From Nitrospirota bacterium (GTDB taxonomy: Bacteria > Nitrospirota > Thermodesulfovibrionia > Thermodesulfovibrionales > Dissulfurispiraceae), in NCBI GenBank assembly GCA_040758355.1, contig JBFLWF010000001.1:64001-128000 (forward strand): a stretch of 64,000 nucleotides of DNA, written 5' to 3'. A program made the translations under genes and the position numbers. Positions 11,668-21,453 of the stretch are shown here, one piece after another (positions within the stretch are counted from its first letter, which is position 1; every line of letters starts with the position of its first letter). A model generated the notes under the pieces. The model was not told the DNA's origin and did not search any database. It saw only the letters and a list, made by a program, of their open reading frames with translations.

Positions 11668-12167
11668 GCTGCAACTCCCTTTATCTTTTTCTTTGTCCAC
11701 TCGATTAACCCTCCGGCAGCTATCAATTCCTGCATAAATGGAGGTATTGGTTTTGCAATGTATTGCTCGCCTGTTGAAAGGTTTTTTATAATGCCTTTGT
11801 CAGCATCTACCTCAACGGTATCGCCTTCTTTAATTTTTTCAGATGCCTCGTCTGACTCGAATATGGGAAGGCCTATATTAAAGGAATTGCGGTAAAAAAT
11901 CCGCGCAAAGCTCTTTGCGATAACTGCCTGAACACCAGCAGCCTTTATGGCTATCGGCGCATGCTCCCTTGACGAGCCGCATCCGAAGTTCTTCCCTGCA
12001 ACAATTATATCCCCGGCTTTTACTTTATTTGGGAATTCTTTATCAGCATCCTCCATTACATGCTTGGCAAGCTCATTGGGGTCGGATGTGTTGAGGTATC
12101 TCGCAGGAATGATTGCGTCTGTATCTATATCATCACCAAATCTCCATACCTTGCCTTTAAGCAGCAT
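11664..12167 (-). CDS. leuD: 3-isopropylmalate dehydratase small subunit
   Basis: [21 protein letters not shown] and [17 protein letters not shown] before the ATG at 12167. Confidence 0.95.
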   Translation of the reverse strand: MLLKGKVWRFGDDIDTDAIIPARYLNTSDPNELAKHVMEDADKEFPNKVKAGDIIVAGKNFGCGSSREHAPIAIKAAGVQAVIAKSFARIFYRNSFNIGLPIFESDEASEKIKEGDTVEVDADKGIIKNLSTGEQYIAKPIPPFMQELIAAGGLIEWTKKKIKGVAA

Positions 12168-12181
12168 AAAAACCTCCATCA

Positions 12182-12220
12182 GCACAAGGGGGACTTTGTC
12201 CTCCCTTGTAAAATCCTCCT
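12182..12220 (-). repeat. REP-like hairpin copy 3 (leuD leader)
   Basis: Minus strand AGGAGGATTTT-ACAAGGGAGGAC-AAA-GTCCCCCTTGTGC. Confidence 0.65.
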
Positions 12221-12273
12221 ATATTACATAGGATTTAAGCGAATATTATAAACTTTTTATTATAATAATTTCT

Positions 12274-13263
12274 ATGAAAAAAGTAATCATCCTTCTCGGC
12301 CCAACAGGGGTCGGCAAAACAGCAGCATCCATCCTCCTCGCAAAACACCTGAACACGGAAATCATAAGCTCAGACTCCATGCAGATTTATAAACATATGG
12401 ATATCGGAACAGCAAAGCCGTCTAAAGAGGAACAGCACACGGTAAAACACCACATGATAGACATTGTCGAGCCGTGGGAGACTTACAGCACGGGCGAATA
12501 CATAAAAGCGGTCCAGCCGATAATGGATAGTCTCCACAAAAATGGAAAAATCCCTATCGTTGTCGGCGGCACAGGCCTTTACATAAGGGCAATGACAAGA
12601 GGGATTTTCAAAGGCCCTTCTGCAGATTGGGATTTGCGGAATGAACTCCTTGAGATCGAGAAGGGATCGCCAGGATACTTATACGAATACCTGAAATCCC
12701 TTGATCCTGTGGCTGCCTCAAAGATAATGCCCACTGATACGAGGAGGATTATAAGGGCATTGGAGGTTTGCTTAAAGACTAACAGTGTAATGTCAGAAAT
12801 GCATCAGTTGTTAACCCAGCCATTGCCTTATGAATTTATAAAAATAGGCATTACACGAGACAGGAAAGAACTTTACAGGATGATCGAGCAAAGAGTTGAT
12901 AAGATGATTGATGCGGGGCTTGTTGATGAGGTGAAAAATGTGATAGGACTAATAAAAAGCAAAGGCTATAGGCAAGAGGCTATAGGCTATAATGGAAAAG
13001 AGTCTTTACCCATTGCCCATTGCCCATTGCCTATTGCCTATTCTTCTATGCAGGCCATCGGCTACAAAGAAATAGCAATGCATCTAAATGGAGAGATCAG
13101 CCTTGAAGAGACAATAGCCCTTGTAAAGAAACGGTCGAGGAATTACGCAAAGAGGCAGTTTACATGGTTTAAGAAAGAAGAAGGCATTCAATGGATAGAC
13201 GTAACGGGAATATATGAGCCTTCTGATATATTCCAGAAGATGCTACAATTTATTCATGCCTGA
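12274..13263 (+). CDS. miaA: tRNA dimethylallyltransferase, with a repeat-derived in-frame insertion
   Basis: GPTGVGKT, DSMQIY, VGGTGLY, QAIGYKE and YAKRQFTWF motifs. Confidence 0.97.
   Translation: MKKVIILLGPTGVGKTAASILLAKHLNTEIISSDSMQIYKHMDIGTAKPSKEEQHTVKHHMIDIVEPWETYSTGEYIKAVQPIMDSLHKNGKIPIVVGGTGLYIRAMTRGIFKGPSADWDLRNELLEIEKGSPGYLYEYLKSLDPVAASKIMPTDTRRIIRALEVCLKTNSVMSEMHQLLTQPLPYEFIKIGITRDRKELYRMIEQRVDKMIDAGLVDEVKNVIGLIKSKGYRQEAIGYNGKESLPIAHCPLPIAYSSMQAIGYKEIAMHLNGEISLEETIALVKKRSRNYAKRQFTWFKKEEGIQWIDVTGIYEPSDIFQKMLQFIHA
12963..13042. repeat. Inverted pair of 7-nt tandem arrays inside miaA
   Basis: AGGCTAT AGGCAAG AGGCTAT AGGCTAT ... CCCATTG x3 CCTATTG CCTATT. Confidence 0.85.
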
Positions 13264-13981
13264 AATAAGAATCGGCTGCAGTGGATTTAATTATTGGGAT
13301 TGGAAGGAGAACTTCTATCCTCCTGATCTGCCCCAGAGGAAGTGGTTTGAGTATTACTGCACGGTCTTTGATACAGTCGAGTTGAATGTCACATTTTACA
13401 GGCTTCCACTCGCAAAGACCTTTGACAAGTGGCACAAAGAAACACCGGATGACTTTGCATTCTCGTTAAAAGGCAGCAGGTTTATTACGCATATAAAGAG
13501 GCTCTTAGAGCCAAAAGACTCTCTGGAATTGTTTTTTGAAAGGGCCTTGCGGTTAAAGGAAAAGCTGAAGGTCGTTCTCTGGCAGTTCTCTCCTGGATTT
13601 AAAATCGATATTGAACGATTGCAGAATTTCCTTAAATTGCTTAAAAAATATCCTGTAAAAAATACCCTTGAATTCAGGCACGAAAGCTGGATAACTGACG
13701 AGGTTATTAACCTTTGCAAAGAACATGATGTAAGCCTGTGCATGGCTGATTGGCCTGAGTTCATCGATGACCTCCCTATTACCTCTGATTTCGTCTACAT
13801 AAGGAGGCATGGCGAAGGAGGAAGCTATGCAACATGTTATTCAAAGGCTGAACTTAAGAAAGATGCAAAACGGATAAAAAATTATCTTAAAGATGGAAAG
13901 GATGTATTTATTTATTTCAATAACGACTATCACGGCTATGCACCAAGGAATGCTGGGGAGTTGATGGAGATGGTGAGATGA
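13256..13981 (+). CDS. DUF72 (YecE/YunF-like) protein
   Basis: IRIGCSGFNY..W...FYP, VELNVTFY, EFRHESW and YFNND; probable start MPEIRIG at 13256. Confidence 0.9.
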   Translation: MPEIRIGCSGFNYWDWKENFYPPDLPQRKWFEYYCTVFDTVELNVTFYRLPLAKTFDKWHKETPDDFAFSLKGSRFITHIKRLLEPKDSLELFFERALRLKEKLKVVLWQFSPGFKIDIERLQNFLKLLKKYPVKNTLEFRHESWITDEVINLCKEHDVSLCMADWPEFIDDLPITSDFVYIRRHGEGGSYATCYSKAELKKDAKRIKNYLKDGKDVFIYFNNDYHGYAPRNAGELMEMVR

Positions 13982-15708
13982 AAAATCAGGAGATCGCAAG
14001 GATCTTCAATGAAATCGCTGACCTGCTGGAGATAAAGGGAGAGAATCCATTTCGAATAAGGGCATACAGGAGGGCTGCGCAGAATATTGAAGGACTGCCG
14101 AAGAGTGTCGAAGATATTCCAAAGGAAGAACTCCTGAAAGTTCCTGGAATTGGACAGGATCTGGCAGGGAAGATCGAGGAGTATATAAAGACAGGTAAGA
14201 TGCAGGCGCACGAAGAACTCAAGCATGAAATACCTGAGGGGCTATTGACCCTCCTCTCAGTACCGAGTCTTGGGCCAAAGACATCAAAACTCCTCTACGA
14301 GAAATTGAAAATCAAAGGCCTTGATGATTTGGAGAGGCTTGCTTCGGAGCATAAACTATCAGGGCTTCCCGGCATAAAGGAAAAGACAGAGGAGAATATT
14401 TTAAAAGGAATCGAGATGCTCAAAAGGGGCAAAGAGCGCCAGCCCATCGGAAGGGTGCTTCCCATTGCAAATGATATTTTAGAACATCTCAGAAAGAAGG
14501 CACCCATCTTTAAAATAGACCTTGCAGGGAGTTTGAGGAGATGGAAGGATACCATAAAGGACATCGACATTCTTGCAACATCCGACAATCCAAAAGAGGT
14601 AATGAAGGTCTTTGTGCATCTCCCCCATGTAAAAGATATTTTAATGCATGGCCCTACAAAATCCACAGTGATAATCCATGAAGACCTTCAGGTGGATTTG
14701 AGGGTTGTGGAAAAGGAATCCTATGGCGCAGCACTGGCATATTTCACAGGAAGCAAGGCGCACAATATAAGGCTCAGAGAGATGGCAATGAAGAAGGGCC
14801 TTAAAATCAACGAATACGGCATATTCCGTGAAAAGGACGAAAAGAAAATCGGCGGCGAAAAAGAGGAGGATGTTTATAAAATTTTGGGACTTCCATACAT
14901 TCCTCCTGAATTAAGGGAAGATCAGGGAGAGATTGAGGCAGCACAGGAGGGGAGACTCCCAAGACTTGTTACTGCGGAGGATATTAAGGGCGACCTCCAT
15001 GTCCATTCGAAATGGAGCGATGGGAGTCATACATTCGAGCAGCTTGTTGAGGCTGCAAAAGAACGTGGTTATTCATATATTGCAATAACAGACCATTCAA
15101 AGGGACTCGGCATTGCGAGGGGATTAACAGGAGAGAGGCTTCTGGAGCAGAAAAAGGAGATAAATGCAGTTAATAAAAAACTCAAGGGATTCAGGATCAT
15201 CCACGGCATTGAGGTGGACATCAGGAGCGACGGAAGCCTTGATATATCGGATGACGTGCTTAAAGAGCTTGATATCGTTGTTGCATCTATACATTCAGGA
15301 TTTAAACAGCCCAGAAAGCAGTTGACATATCGTTTGGTATCAGCAATGAAAAATCCATATGTAAGCATCATAGCGCATCCCACAGGAAGGCTCATAGGAG
15401 AAAGGGATGCGTATGATGTGGATATGGATGAGATATTCGCTATTGCAAAGAAGACAGGAACTGCTATCGAGATAAATGCCTATCCTTTGAGGCTCGATAT
15501 CAATGATACATATGCAAAAAGGGCAAAGGAGATGGAAATACCAATTGTTATAGCAACAGATACCCACGTAACAAATCAATTCGATTACATGAGATATGGA
15601 GTATCTATTGCGCGCAGAGGTTGGCTGGAAAAGGATGATGTGCTGAATACGTTTGCTGTTGATAAACTTTTAAAACGGCTCAAGCCGACCAAGGGCAAAA
15701 AAACATAG
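13978..15708 (+). CDS. polX: DNA polymerase X with C-terminal PHP domain
   Basis: GENPFRIRAY, GSLRR..TIKDIDIL (DxD intact), YFTGSK; PHP motifs DLHVHS..SDG, TDHS and TDTH. Confidence 0.95.
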   Translation: MKNQEIARIFNEIADLLEIKGENPFRIRAYRRAAQNIEGLPKSVEDIPKEELLKVPGIGQDLAGKIEEYIKTGKMQAHEELKHEIPEGLLTLLSVPSLGPKTSKLLYEKLKIKGLDDLERLASEHKLSGLPGIKEKTEENILKGIEMLKRGKERQPIGRVLPIANDILEHLRKKAPIFKIDLAGSLRRWKDTIKDIDILATSDNPKEVMKVFVHLPHVKDILMHGPTKSTVIIHEDLQVDLRVVEKESYGAALAYFTGSKAHNIRLREMAMKKGLKINEYGIFREKDEKKIGGEKEEDVYKILGLPYIPPELREDQGEIEAAQEGRLPRLVTAEDIKGDLHVHSKWSDGSHTFEQLVEAAKERGYSYIAITDHSKGLGIARGLTGERLLEQKKEINAVNKKLKGFRIIHGIEVDIRSDGSLDISDDVLKELDIVVASIHSGFKQPRKQLTYRLVSAMKNPYVSIIAHPTGRLIGERDAYDVDMDEIFAIAKKTGTAIEINAYPLRLDINDTYAKRAKEMEIPIVIATDTHVTNQFDYMRYGVSIARRGWLEKDDVLNTFAVDKLLKRLKPTKGKKT

Positions 15709-15739
15709 AAATAAGCATATGCACTCACCAATAATTCTT

Positions 15740-17554
15740 CTACAGTGAAAGCCTCGTAACGACCCCATGGAGCTTATTCGATGGAAGCTTGTAAAACTGC
15801 ACGTACGCAGGCGTTAATCTCTTTATAATCGAGAATAGTTTCCAGAAGATATTCCTTGTCATTATATCTTCAATGCCGTAAAAGATAACCTTCTCATCGA
15901 TTCCAGTTTCTTTCAGTATCTCCTCTATATCCGCCGGTTCCATATAACCGAGCTGTATCTCGAAAGACCTCAATCCCTCTGCATATTGGTCCTTGAAAAA
16001 GCCCGTAACGCCGAAGGGGTCATCACGCCTTACTATAGAGACGATAATGTTATCTTCATAGATAATGCCGTTGTTAAACATGGTGTTGCTGATATAAGGG
16101 GGAATCTTTTGTATGTCCCTCGCAAAAAAAAGCGCGGTACCGCTGCTCTTATTAAGGCGTTTGTATGCCTGATTGTATTTTTCAAGAAAGATTTCCATAT
16201 CCATAGGCCGAAGCGACATGTAAAGTCTCTTTTGCCCTGATGTGTAGAGCATAATTACGCTGAGAGGAATGAGCGCTATAATAATCGACCAGTAGCCGCC
16301 GTGAGGGATCTTCGTAAAATTCGCTACGAGGTACGCAATGTCTATTGCGGTAATGAATATGGCGAGGACCGATAGGTGGTATTTCCTTTGAAGCGAGAAT
16401 ATCCAGGTCATCATAATGCCTGTCAGTGTCATAGTGCCGGTAACTGCAAGCCCATACGCCGCCGCAAGCTTGCTCGATTCAGCGAATTCAAACATAACGA
16501 AAATGACGGCCGCTAATAGGAACCAGTTCACGGTCCCGATGTAGATCTGAGACTTCCTTTCCGTAGAGGTGTAAGAAACATTGAGGATAGGCATGATGCG
16601 CGTTGTGATGCCCTGATAGACTATAGAGAAAGTTCCGCTTATCATCGCCTGCGATGCGATGATAGTGGCAGCGATGCTCAGAAGCAGGAATGGGATATAA
16701 AGGCCTTTTGCATGATAAAAAACCATCTCAAAGAGAATGTTCTTGGCCCCGGGATGTGTCAGCAGAAACGCACCCTGTCCGAGGTAATTAACGGCAAGGG
16801 CAAAAAAGACCACAATCCATGCCTGCTTTATCGGCTTCGCTCCAAGGTGCCCCATGTCGGCGTAAAGCGCCTCTCCTCCGGTGGCGCAGAGAAATATCTC
16901 GCTTAGTGCTATGAAGCCTTCCCACCTGTTTTCAAGCAGGAACCGTATTCCATAGTAAGGGTTCAGCGCCTTCAGCACCGGCGGCGCTTCTACAAGGGAT
17001 GCTATACCAAAGACCGAGAGAGCAACAAACCAGACAGAAGTAACAGGGCCAAAAGCAAAGGCTACCTTCTCCGTTCCTCTGCTCTGCAGGGAGAAGAGAA
17101 ATAGAGCGATGGCAGCCGAAATAATGACTATGGCTGTCGTGGAAATGTGCTCCAGCCCCGGGATAAGTGCCGAGCCTTCCACTGCGCTCAGTATACTTAT
17201 TGCAGGCGTAATCACTCCATCGCCCATGAGGAGGGATATTCCTATAAAAGCCATTATAGTGATAAAGGCTGTTCCCTTCTTTGAATGCAGAAGAGACGAA
17301 AGTATCTCTTTGAGGACGATAGTGCCTCCTTCGCCTCTTTTGCTGAGACGCATGGCGAGGATGACATATTGAAGAGAGACGAGGAGCGTCATTGTCCAGA
17401 TTACGAGAGACATAACTCCCATGATATTGTCCGTGGTGGGTTTTAAAAGAAGGAATACTACCGTTACCGTATAAATGGGGCTTGTTCCTATGTCGCCGAA
17501 AACAAGGCCGAGGGCTTTGATAATCCCCTTTACAGGCGATTCTCTGCGAAGCAT
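15740..17554 (-). CDS. kup: KUP/HAK/KT-family potassium transporter
   Basis: VFGDIGTSPIY, GEGG, DGVITPAISILSAVEG, EALYADMGH and AAAYGLAVT; many TM helices. Confidence 0.96.
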   Translation of the reverse strand: MLRRESPVKGIIKALGLVFGDIGTSPIYTVTVVFLLLKPTTDNIMGVMSLVIWTMTLLVSLQYVILAMRLSKRGEGGTIVLKEILSSLLHSKKGTAFITIMAFIGISLLMGDGVITPAISILSAVEGSALIPGLEHISTTAIVIISAAIALFLFSLQSRGTEKVAFAFGPVTSVWFVALSVFGIASLVEAPPVLKALNPYYGIRFLLENRWEGFIALSEIFLCATGGEALYADMGHLGAKPIKQAWIVVFFALAVNYLGQGAFLLTHPGAKNILFEMVFYHAKGLYIPFLLLSIAATIIASQAMISGTFSIVYQGITTRIMPILNVSYTSTERKSQIYIGTVNWFLLAAVIFVMFEFAESSKLAAAYGLAVTGTMTLTGIMMTWIFSLQRKYHLSVLAIFITAIDIAYLVANFTKIPHGGYWSIIIALIPLSVIMLYTSGQKRLYMSLRPMDMEIFLEKYNQAYKRLNKSSGTALFFARDIQKIPPYISNTMFNNGIIYEDNIIVSIVRRDDPFGVTGFFKDQYAEGLRSFEIQLGYMEPADIEEILKETGIDEKVIFYGIEDIMTRNIFWKLFSIIKRLTPAYVQFYKLPSNKLHGVVTRLSL

Positions 17555-17590
17555 TTTCTCCTCCTCGGGATAGGGCGCTAAGGAGGAAAA

Positions 17591-17613
17591 TAAAAAAACC
17601 GCCGGGCGGCGGT
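17591..17613 (-). terminator. Intrinsic terminator in the kup leader (riboswitch expression platform)
   Basis: Minus strand ACCGCC-GCCC-GGCGGT followed by TTTTTT. Confidence 0.75.
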
Positions 17614-17635
17614 CTTTAATTTCTGGACCTCTTGC

Positions 17636-17760
17636 CCTTCCAAACGCCTACGAGGTTAGCTGACGGGCTCGGGCCTGGAAGTGCCCTATCCGATAATCGG
17701 AATACGCCCCAAATTTTGGGTCCCCCGCATCCATTCTTTAAATGGATCTCGGCTGCTATT
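17636..17760 (-). ncRNA. c-di-AMP riboswitch (ydaO/yuaA class)
   Basis: Minus strand GCCGAGATCC...GGATGCGGGGGACCC...TGGGGCGTATTCC...GGATAGGG...CCCGAGCCCGTCAGCTAACCTCGTAGGCG fits the ydaO consensus; it lies upstream of a K+ transporter. Confidence 0.9.
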
Positions 17761-17815
17761 TGATTTTAATATACTCTTCTGCTTATTAATTGTCAATAAA
17801 CGACAACATAAACGA

Positions 17816-17968
17816 CTATTTTTCTTTTTCCTTATCTTCTTCTTTTTCCTCTTTTATCGATACATCCCTTACAAACTCGGCACATTTCTGTCCTGCCTTC
17901 ATGGAGAACTGTTTCTGGCAGGTTGCCCTCCATGCACACACGACGCATAAGACCTTATTCTCACTCAT
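17816..17968 (-). CDS. 50-aa cysteine-rich small protein (not in the ORF track)
   Basis: AGGAGGAG RBS, then MSENKVLCVVCAWRATCQKQFSMKAGQKCAEFVRDVSIKEEKEEDKEKEK*; overlaps the stop of the upstream ORF. Confidence 0.75.
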   Translation of the reverse strand: MSENKVLCVVCAWRATCQKQFSMKAGQKCAEFVRDVSIKEEKEEDKEKEK

Positions 17969-18806
17969 ATCTCCTCCTGAAATATCTGGCTAAGACCTTT
18001 TCAATATTATTTATGATGCTGTCCTTTGCATTTATTATAAATATCTTCGGCCTCTCTGTCTGTATCTCGAAAAGCTCACGCTCCATCCTTATAACTTCTG
18101 GAGGCTCTGAAAACCTGAGCTTCAGCTCATCCTCGAACATGGGGACCATCTTGTCCTTCATCCTTAATTCCGTATCCATGAAGAATATGGCTATCTCCGG
18201 CATGAGGTCATAAACCCTGTCTAAAAAGGCAGAAACCTCTTTTTGGTATACCTGCTTTGGAGGCGAGGACTTTATCTCCATGTAAAGGATTGAGCCGTCT
18301 ATCTTTGCGAGGAGGTCATAATCGCCGCCTATTCCCGGCCGTTTCATCTTTACTCCCCACACGGCCTCCGAGGCAAATTCCCTCTTGAATATCTCTGCAA
18401 CAAACCACTCAAGGGTTTCTCCAAAACTCTTGATAGGGCCTTTTTTAAGCCTATGGGCATTATTCTCGGGTGCAGTAAGACCTGTTTTGACAAGATAGCT
18501 TATGTATTCGCCTGTAACCTCTTTTGTTGCATACCTTGTCACCTGCTGAAGCATAAATAACGGCTGGTGCTTGATTACATCCCGCAAGAAGAGCCTGAAG
18601 GAATATCGTTTGAGCATCTCATAATATCCGTCAATAAAATTTTTTTCAGGGATTAAAAGGTCATCTGATGGTTCTTTCTTATAGATTCTAAAACCCCGTC
18701 TTTTGAGGATTGCAGACAGGGATGGAGTTAATTCGTTTAAGGCCTTTCTGAGCCGTTTAACCTCTGATCTGAGAAAATCGATTTCCGTTTGTTTTCCTTT
18801 AGACAC
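17961..18806 (-). CDS. Hypothetical protein with a C-terminal PD-(D/E)XK-like motif
   Basis: 281-aa ORF (GTG start) in the dapL-folK-yjbQ operon; GETLEWFV...GGDYDLL...YMEIKS. Confidence 0.6.
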   Translation of the reverse strand: MSKGKQTEIDFLRSEVKRLRKALNELTPSLSAILKRRGFRIYKKEPSDDLLIPEKNFIDGYYEMLKRYSFRLFLRDVIKHQPLFMLQQVTRYATKEVTGEYISYLVKTGLTAPENNAHRLKKGPIKSFGETLEWFVAEIFKREFASEAVWGVKMKRPGIGGDYDLLAKIDGSILYMEIKSSPPKQVYQKEVSAFLDRVYDLMPEIAIFFMDTELRMKDKMVPMFEDELKLRFSEPPEVIRMERELFEIQTERPKIFIINAKDSIINNIEKVLARYFRRRYE

Positions 18807-18826
18807 AAATTTTGAATAAAACCATT

Positions 18827-19219
18827 CTATACTATCTTGACAATAACCCTTCTGTGCCTTGGCCCGTCAAATTCGCAAAAATATACTGACTGCCAGGTAC
18901 CGAGGAGTGCCTTGCCGTCTTCTATTGCAACAAATTTCGATACACCCACGAGGGTCGCTTTTATATGGGCAGGGGAGTTCCCTTCCATGTGCTGGTAATC
19001 ACCCTCAAAAGGGATAAGCCTGTTAAGGGTTGTAAGGATGTCCCTTTTTACTGATGGGTCTGCACCTTCGTTGATGGTAATGCCTGCTGTTGTGTGTGGC
19101 GCATATATATAACAAATCCCGCTCTTTACGCCCGATTCCTTAATTGCCTCATGGATGTCATCTGTAATATCGATGAATTCTGTCTTTGCCTTGCTTTTTA
19201 TGTTCAGGGTCTTAAGCAC
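18827..19219 (-). CDS. yjbQ: YjbQ/UPF0047-family protein
   Basis: HTTAGITINE, EGNSPAHIK and LGTWQSVYFCEFDGPR. Confidence 0.92.
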   Translation of the reverse strand: MLKTLNIKSKAKTEFIDITDDIHEAIKESGVKSGICYIYAPHTTAGITINEGADPSVKRDILTTLNRLIPFEGDYQHMEGNSPAHIKATLVGVSKFVAIEDGKALLGTWQSVYFCEFDGPRHRRVIVKIV

Positions 19220-19673
19220 TGTACAATTCCTCCTTGATCTGTCTGATGTTTTTTTTCAACACGGGGTGTATCTTGTCAGGCGCAATCTCAGAAAGGGGAA
19301 GCAGAACAAAATCCCTTTTGTGGAGCAGCGGATGCGGTATATGAAGATGTTCCATGTTAATTACTATATCATCATAAAACAGGATGTCAAGGTCGATGAT
19401 ACGCGGCCCCCATCTGACAGTCTCTTTCCTGCCCATTTCTTTTTCCACTTCCTTTAGCGCCTTCAGTAATTCCTCTGGTGAAAGCCCTGTCTCTGCCTCC
19501 ACAGCCATGTTTATAAAATCGGGCTGTTCCTCTAATCCCCAAGGTTTTGTCTCGTACATGGAAGACGCTTTTTTTATGACAATGCCTTTATCCTTCAATC
19601 TTTCTATTGCATTCCTGCAATGAGCCTGTCTGTCTCCCATATTTGAACCAATGCCGATATAGATTATAGCCAA
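19212..19673 (-). CDS. folK: 2-amino-4-hydroxy-6-hydroxymethyldihydropteridine diphosphokinase
   Basis: YIGIGSNMG, RWGPRIIDLDIL and IPHP..HKRDFVL. Confidence 0.96.
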   Translation of the reverse strand: MAIIYIGIGSNMGDRQAHCRNAIERLKDKGIVIKKASSMYETKPWGLEEQPDFINMAVEAETGLSPEELLKALKEVEKEMGRKETVRWGPRIIDLDILFYDDIVINMEHLHIPHPLLHKRDFVLLPLSEIAPDKIHPVLKKNIRQIKEELYSA

Positions 19674-20840
19674 TTATAATACCTTTTTAATCCTCTCTAC
19701 TGCCTCTCTTATCCTCTCAACAGGCTGGGTAAGGGCAAACCGTATATATCCCTCTCCAGGTGAACCGAAGCCGACACCGGGTGTTCCGAGCACGCCTGTC
19801 TTTTCGAGGAGATGGGCAACGAATGTTGTTGAGTCAAAGCCCTTTGGAACCTTTGCCCATAGATAAAATGTTGCCTTTGGCTTATTAATCTGGATGCCGA
19901 GCCCTTTGAGCCCTTCATAAAGCGCGTCCCTGCGGTCTTGATAGATATTTCTTATCCTTGATAATACTGCATCCTCGGTCTGGAGTGCGATTATGGATGC
20001 CTCCTGAATCGCCTGAAACACGCCTGAATCAAAATTGGTCTTAATCTTGCCCAGGCCAAAAATCACATCTCTGTTGCCAACGGCAAAGCCGATCCTCCAG
20101 CCGGTCATGTTGTATGTCTTGGACAATGAATGAAACTCTATCCCCACATCTTTTGCGCCTTCCACATTGAGAAAGCTCATTGGCTTTTCATTGTCGTAGT
20201 ACATCTCTGAGTATGCTGCATCATGGCATATGATTATATTGTATTTCGCGGCAAGCTCTATAGCCTCTTTAAAAAAGCCTTCCGGGGCCACTGCAGCAGT
20301 AGGATTATTTGGATAATTCAAAAACATCAATTTTGCCTTTTTCAGTTTATCCTCAGGAATTACCTTGAAATCGGGCAAAAAGCCGTTTTCTTCCTTAAGA
20401 GGCATTATGCAGGACTCTCCTCCTGCAAACAATGTCCCTACAGGATAAACCGGATAGCCGGGGGATGGGACAAGGACAACATCACCCGGATTTACAAAGG
20501 CAAGGGGAATGTGTCCAATGCCTTCTTTAGAGCCAATGAGGGATAACACTTCTGTTTTTGGGTCAAGGGACACGTTAAATCTCTGCCTGTACCAGTTTGC
20601 CACGGCTTCCCTGTAAGAGATCATCCCTTCATATGACGGATAGCGGTGGTGTGCCGGCTTATCAACCGCCTTTTTCATGGCATCAACTATATGCTGAGGC
20701 GTAGGGATATCAGGGTCTCCGATGCTCAGGTCTATAACATCAACACCCCTTGAAAGGGCATCCTGCTTCATCTTGTCAATGGCTGCAAAGAGGTATGGCG
20801 GCAGGCTTTTCACGCGGTCTGCCAGTTCGATCTTAATCAT
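19674..20840 (-). CDS. dapL: LL-diaminopimelate aminotransferase (class I/II PLP aminotransferase)
   Basis: LPPYLFA, GSKEGIGH, NYPNNPT and SLSKTYNMTGWRIG; GGAGG RBS before MIKIEL at 20840. Confidence 0.8.
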   Translation of the reverse strand: MIKIELADRVKSLPPYLFAAIDKMKQDALSRGVDVIDLSIGDPDIPTPQHIVDAMKKAVDKPAHHRYPSYEGMISYREAVANWYRQRFNVSLDPKTEVLSLIGSKEGIGHIPLAFVNPGDVVLVPSPGYPVYPVGTLFAGGESCIMPLKEENGFLPDFKVIPEDKLKKAKLMFLNYPNNPTAAVAPEGFFKEAIELAAKYNIIICHDAAYSEMYYDNEKPMSFLNVEGAKDVGIEFHSLSKTYNMTGWRIGFAVGNRDVIFGLGKIKTNFDSGVFQAIQEASIIALQTEDAVLSRIRNIYQDRRDALYEGLKGLGIQINKPKATFYLWAKVPKGFDSTTFVAHLLEKTGVLGTPGVGFGSPGEGYIRFALTQPVERIREAVERIKKVL

Positions 20841-20930
20841 TATGAAGCCTCCTTTAAAGCAACGAGGAATTTTTAGGCACGTATATTTTATCGCAGAAAC
20901 CTGCAAAAGGTCAAAAAATAGGCTTAGAAA

Positions 20931-20962
20931 TAAAAAGGGACGGCATTTTATTACCGCCCCTT
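20931..20962 (-). terminator. Intrinsic terminator after the two lysine-rich protein genes
   Basis: Minus strand AAGGGGCGGTA...TGCCGTCCCTT followed by TTT. Confidence 0.7.
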
Positions 20963-21000
20963 CTTTATCCAGTATTTATTTTGGCAGTATTTATTTCGGT

Positions 21001-21378
21001 TTATTTCTTTGCCGGCTTTGCTGGTTCAGCAGGCTTTGCAGGTTCTGCGCCTTTTTTCTCTGTCTTTGCGGGCTTTATCTCAATGCTTTTCGCAATATTT
21101 TTCCCATCCACTTCAGAGTACTTCACGGTCACCTTATCGCCAACCTTTACATCGGAAAGGGATTTTTTCTCTTTCTCTGCTTTTACCACGGTCTTTTCAT
21201 CGGTTGAAATAACGACCTCGGCTTTTTTACCTTTTACTGTCAGGGATTTGGCTGCTGCATCCACTGCTGCGACATCGCCTGTAATATGTTTTACCTTCAC
21301 CTTCTCCTTTGCGACAGCTACGCCTGCAATGGAAATAACAAGGAGAATCGAAAGCACAATTGAAAATACCTTCTTCAT
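21001..21378 (-). CDS. Exported Lys-rich small beta-barrel (OB-fold-like) protein with PAK tail
   Basis: Signal peptide MKKVFSIVLSILLVISIAGVAVA; ITGDVAAVD...LTVK...VKVGDKVTVKY; AEPAKP repeats; GGAGG RBS. Confidence 0.75.
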   Translation of the reverse strand: MKKVFSIVLSILLVISIAGVAVAKEKVKVKHITGDVAAVDAAAKSLTVKGKKAEVVISTDEKTVVKAEKEKKSLSDVKVGDKVTVKYSEVDGKNIAKSIEIKPAKTEKKGAEPAKPAEPAKPAKK

Positions 21379-21410
21379 TAAAAACCTCCTCAACAGTTTG
21401 TAATACAAAC

Positions 21411-21440
21411 AAAGGGCAGGTTGTGTATCACCTGCCCTTT
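21411..21440 (-). terminator. Hairpin/terminator between the two lysine-rich protein genes
   Basis: AAAGGGCAGGT-N8-ACCTGCCCTTT perfect stem. Confidence 0.65.
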
Positions 21441-21453
21441 ATCGGAGAAGCAA

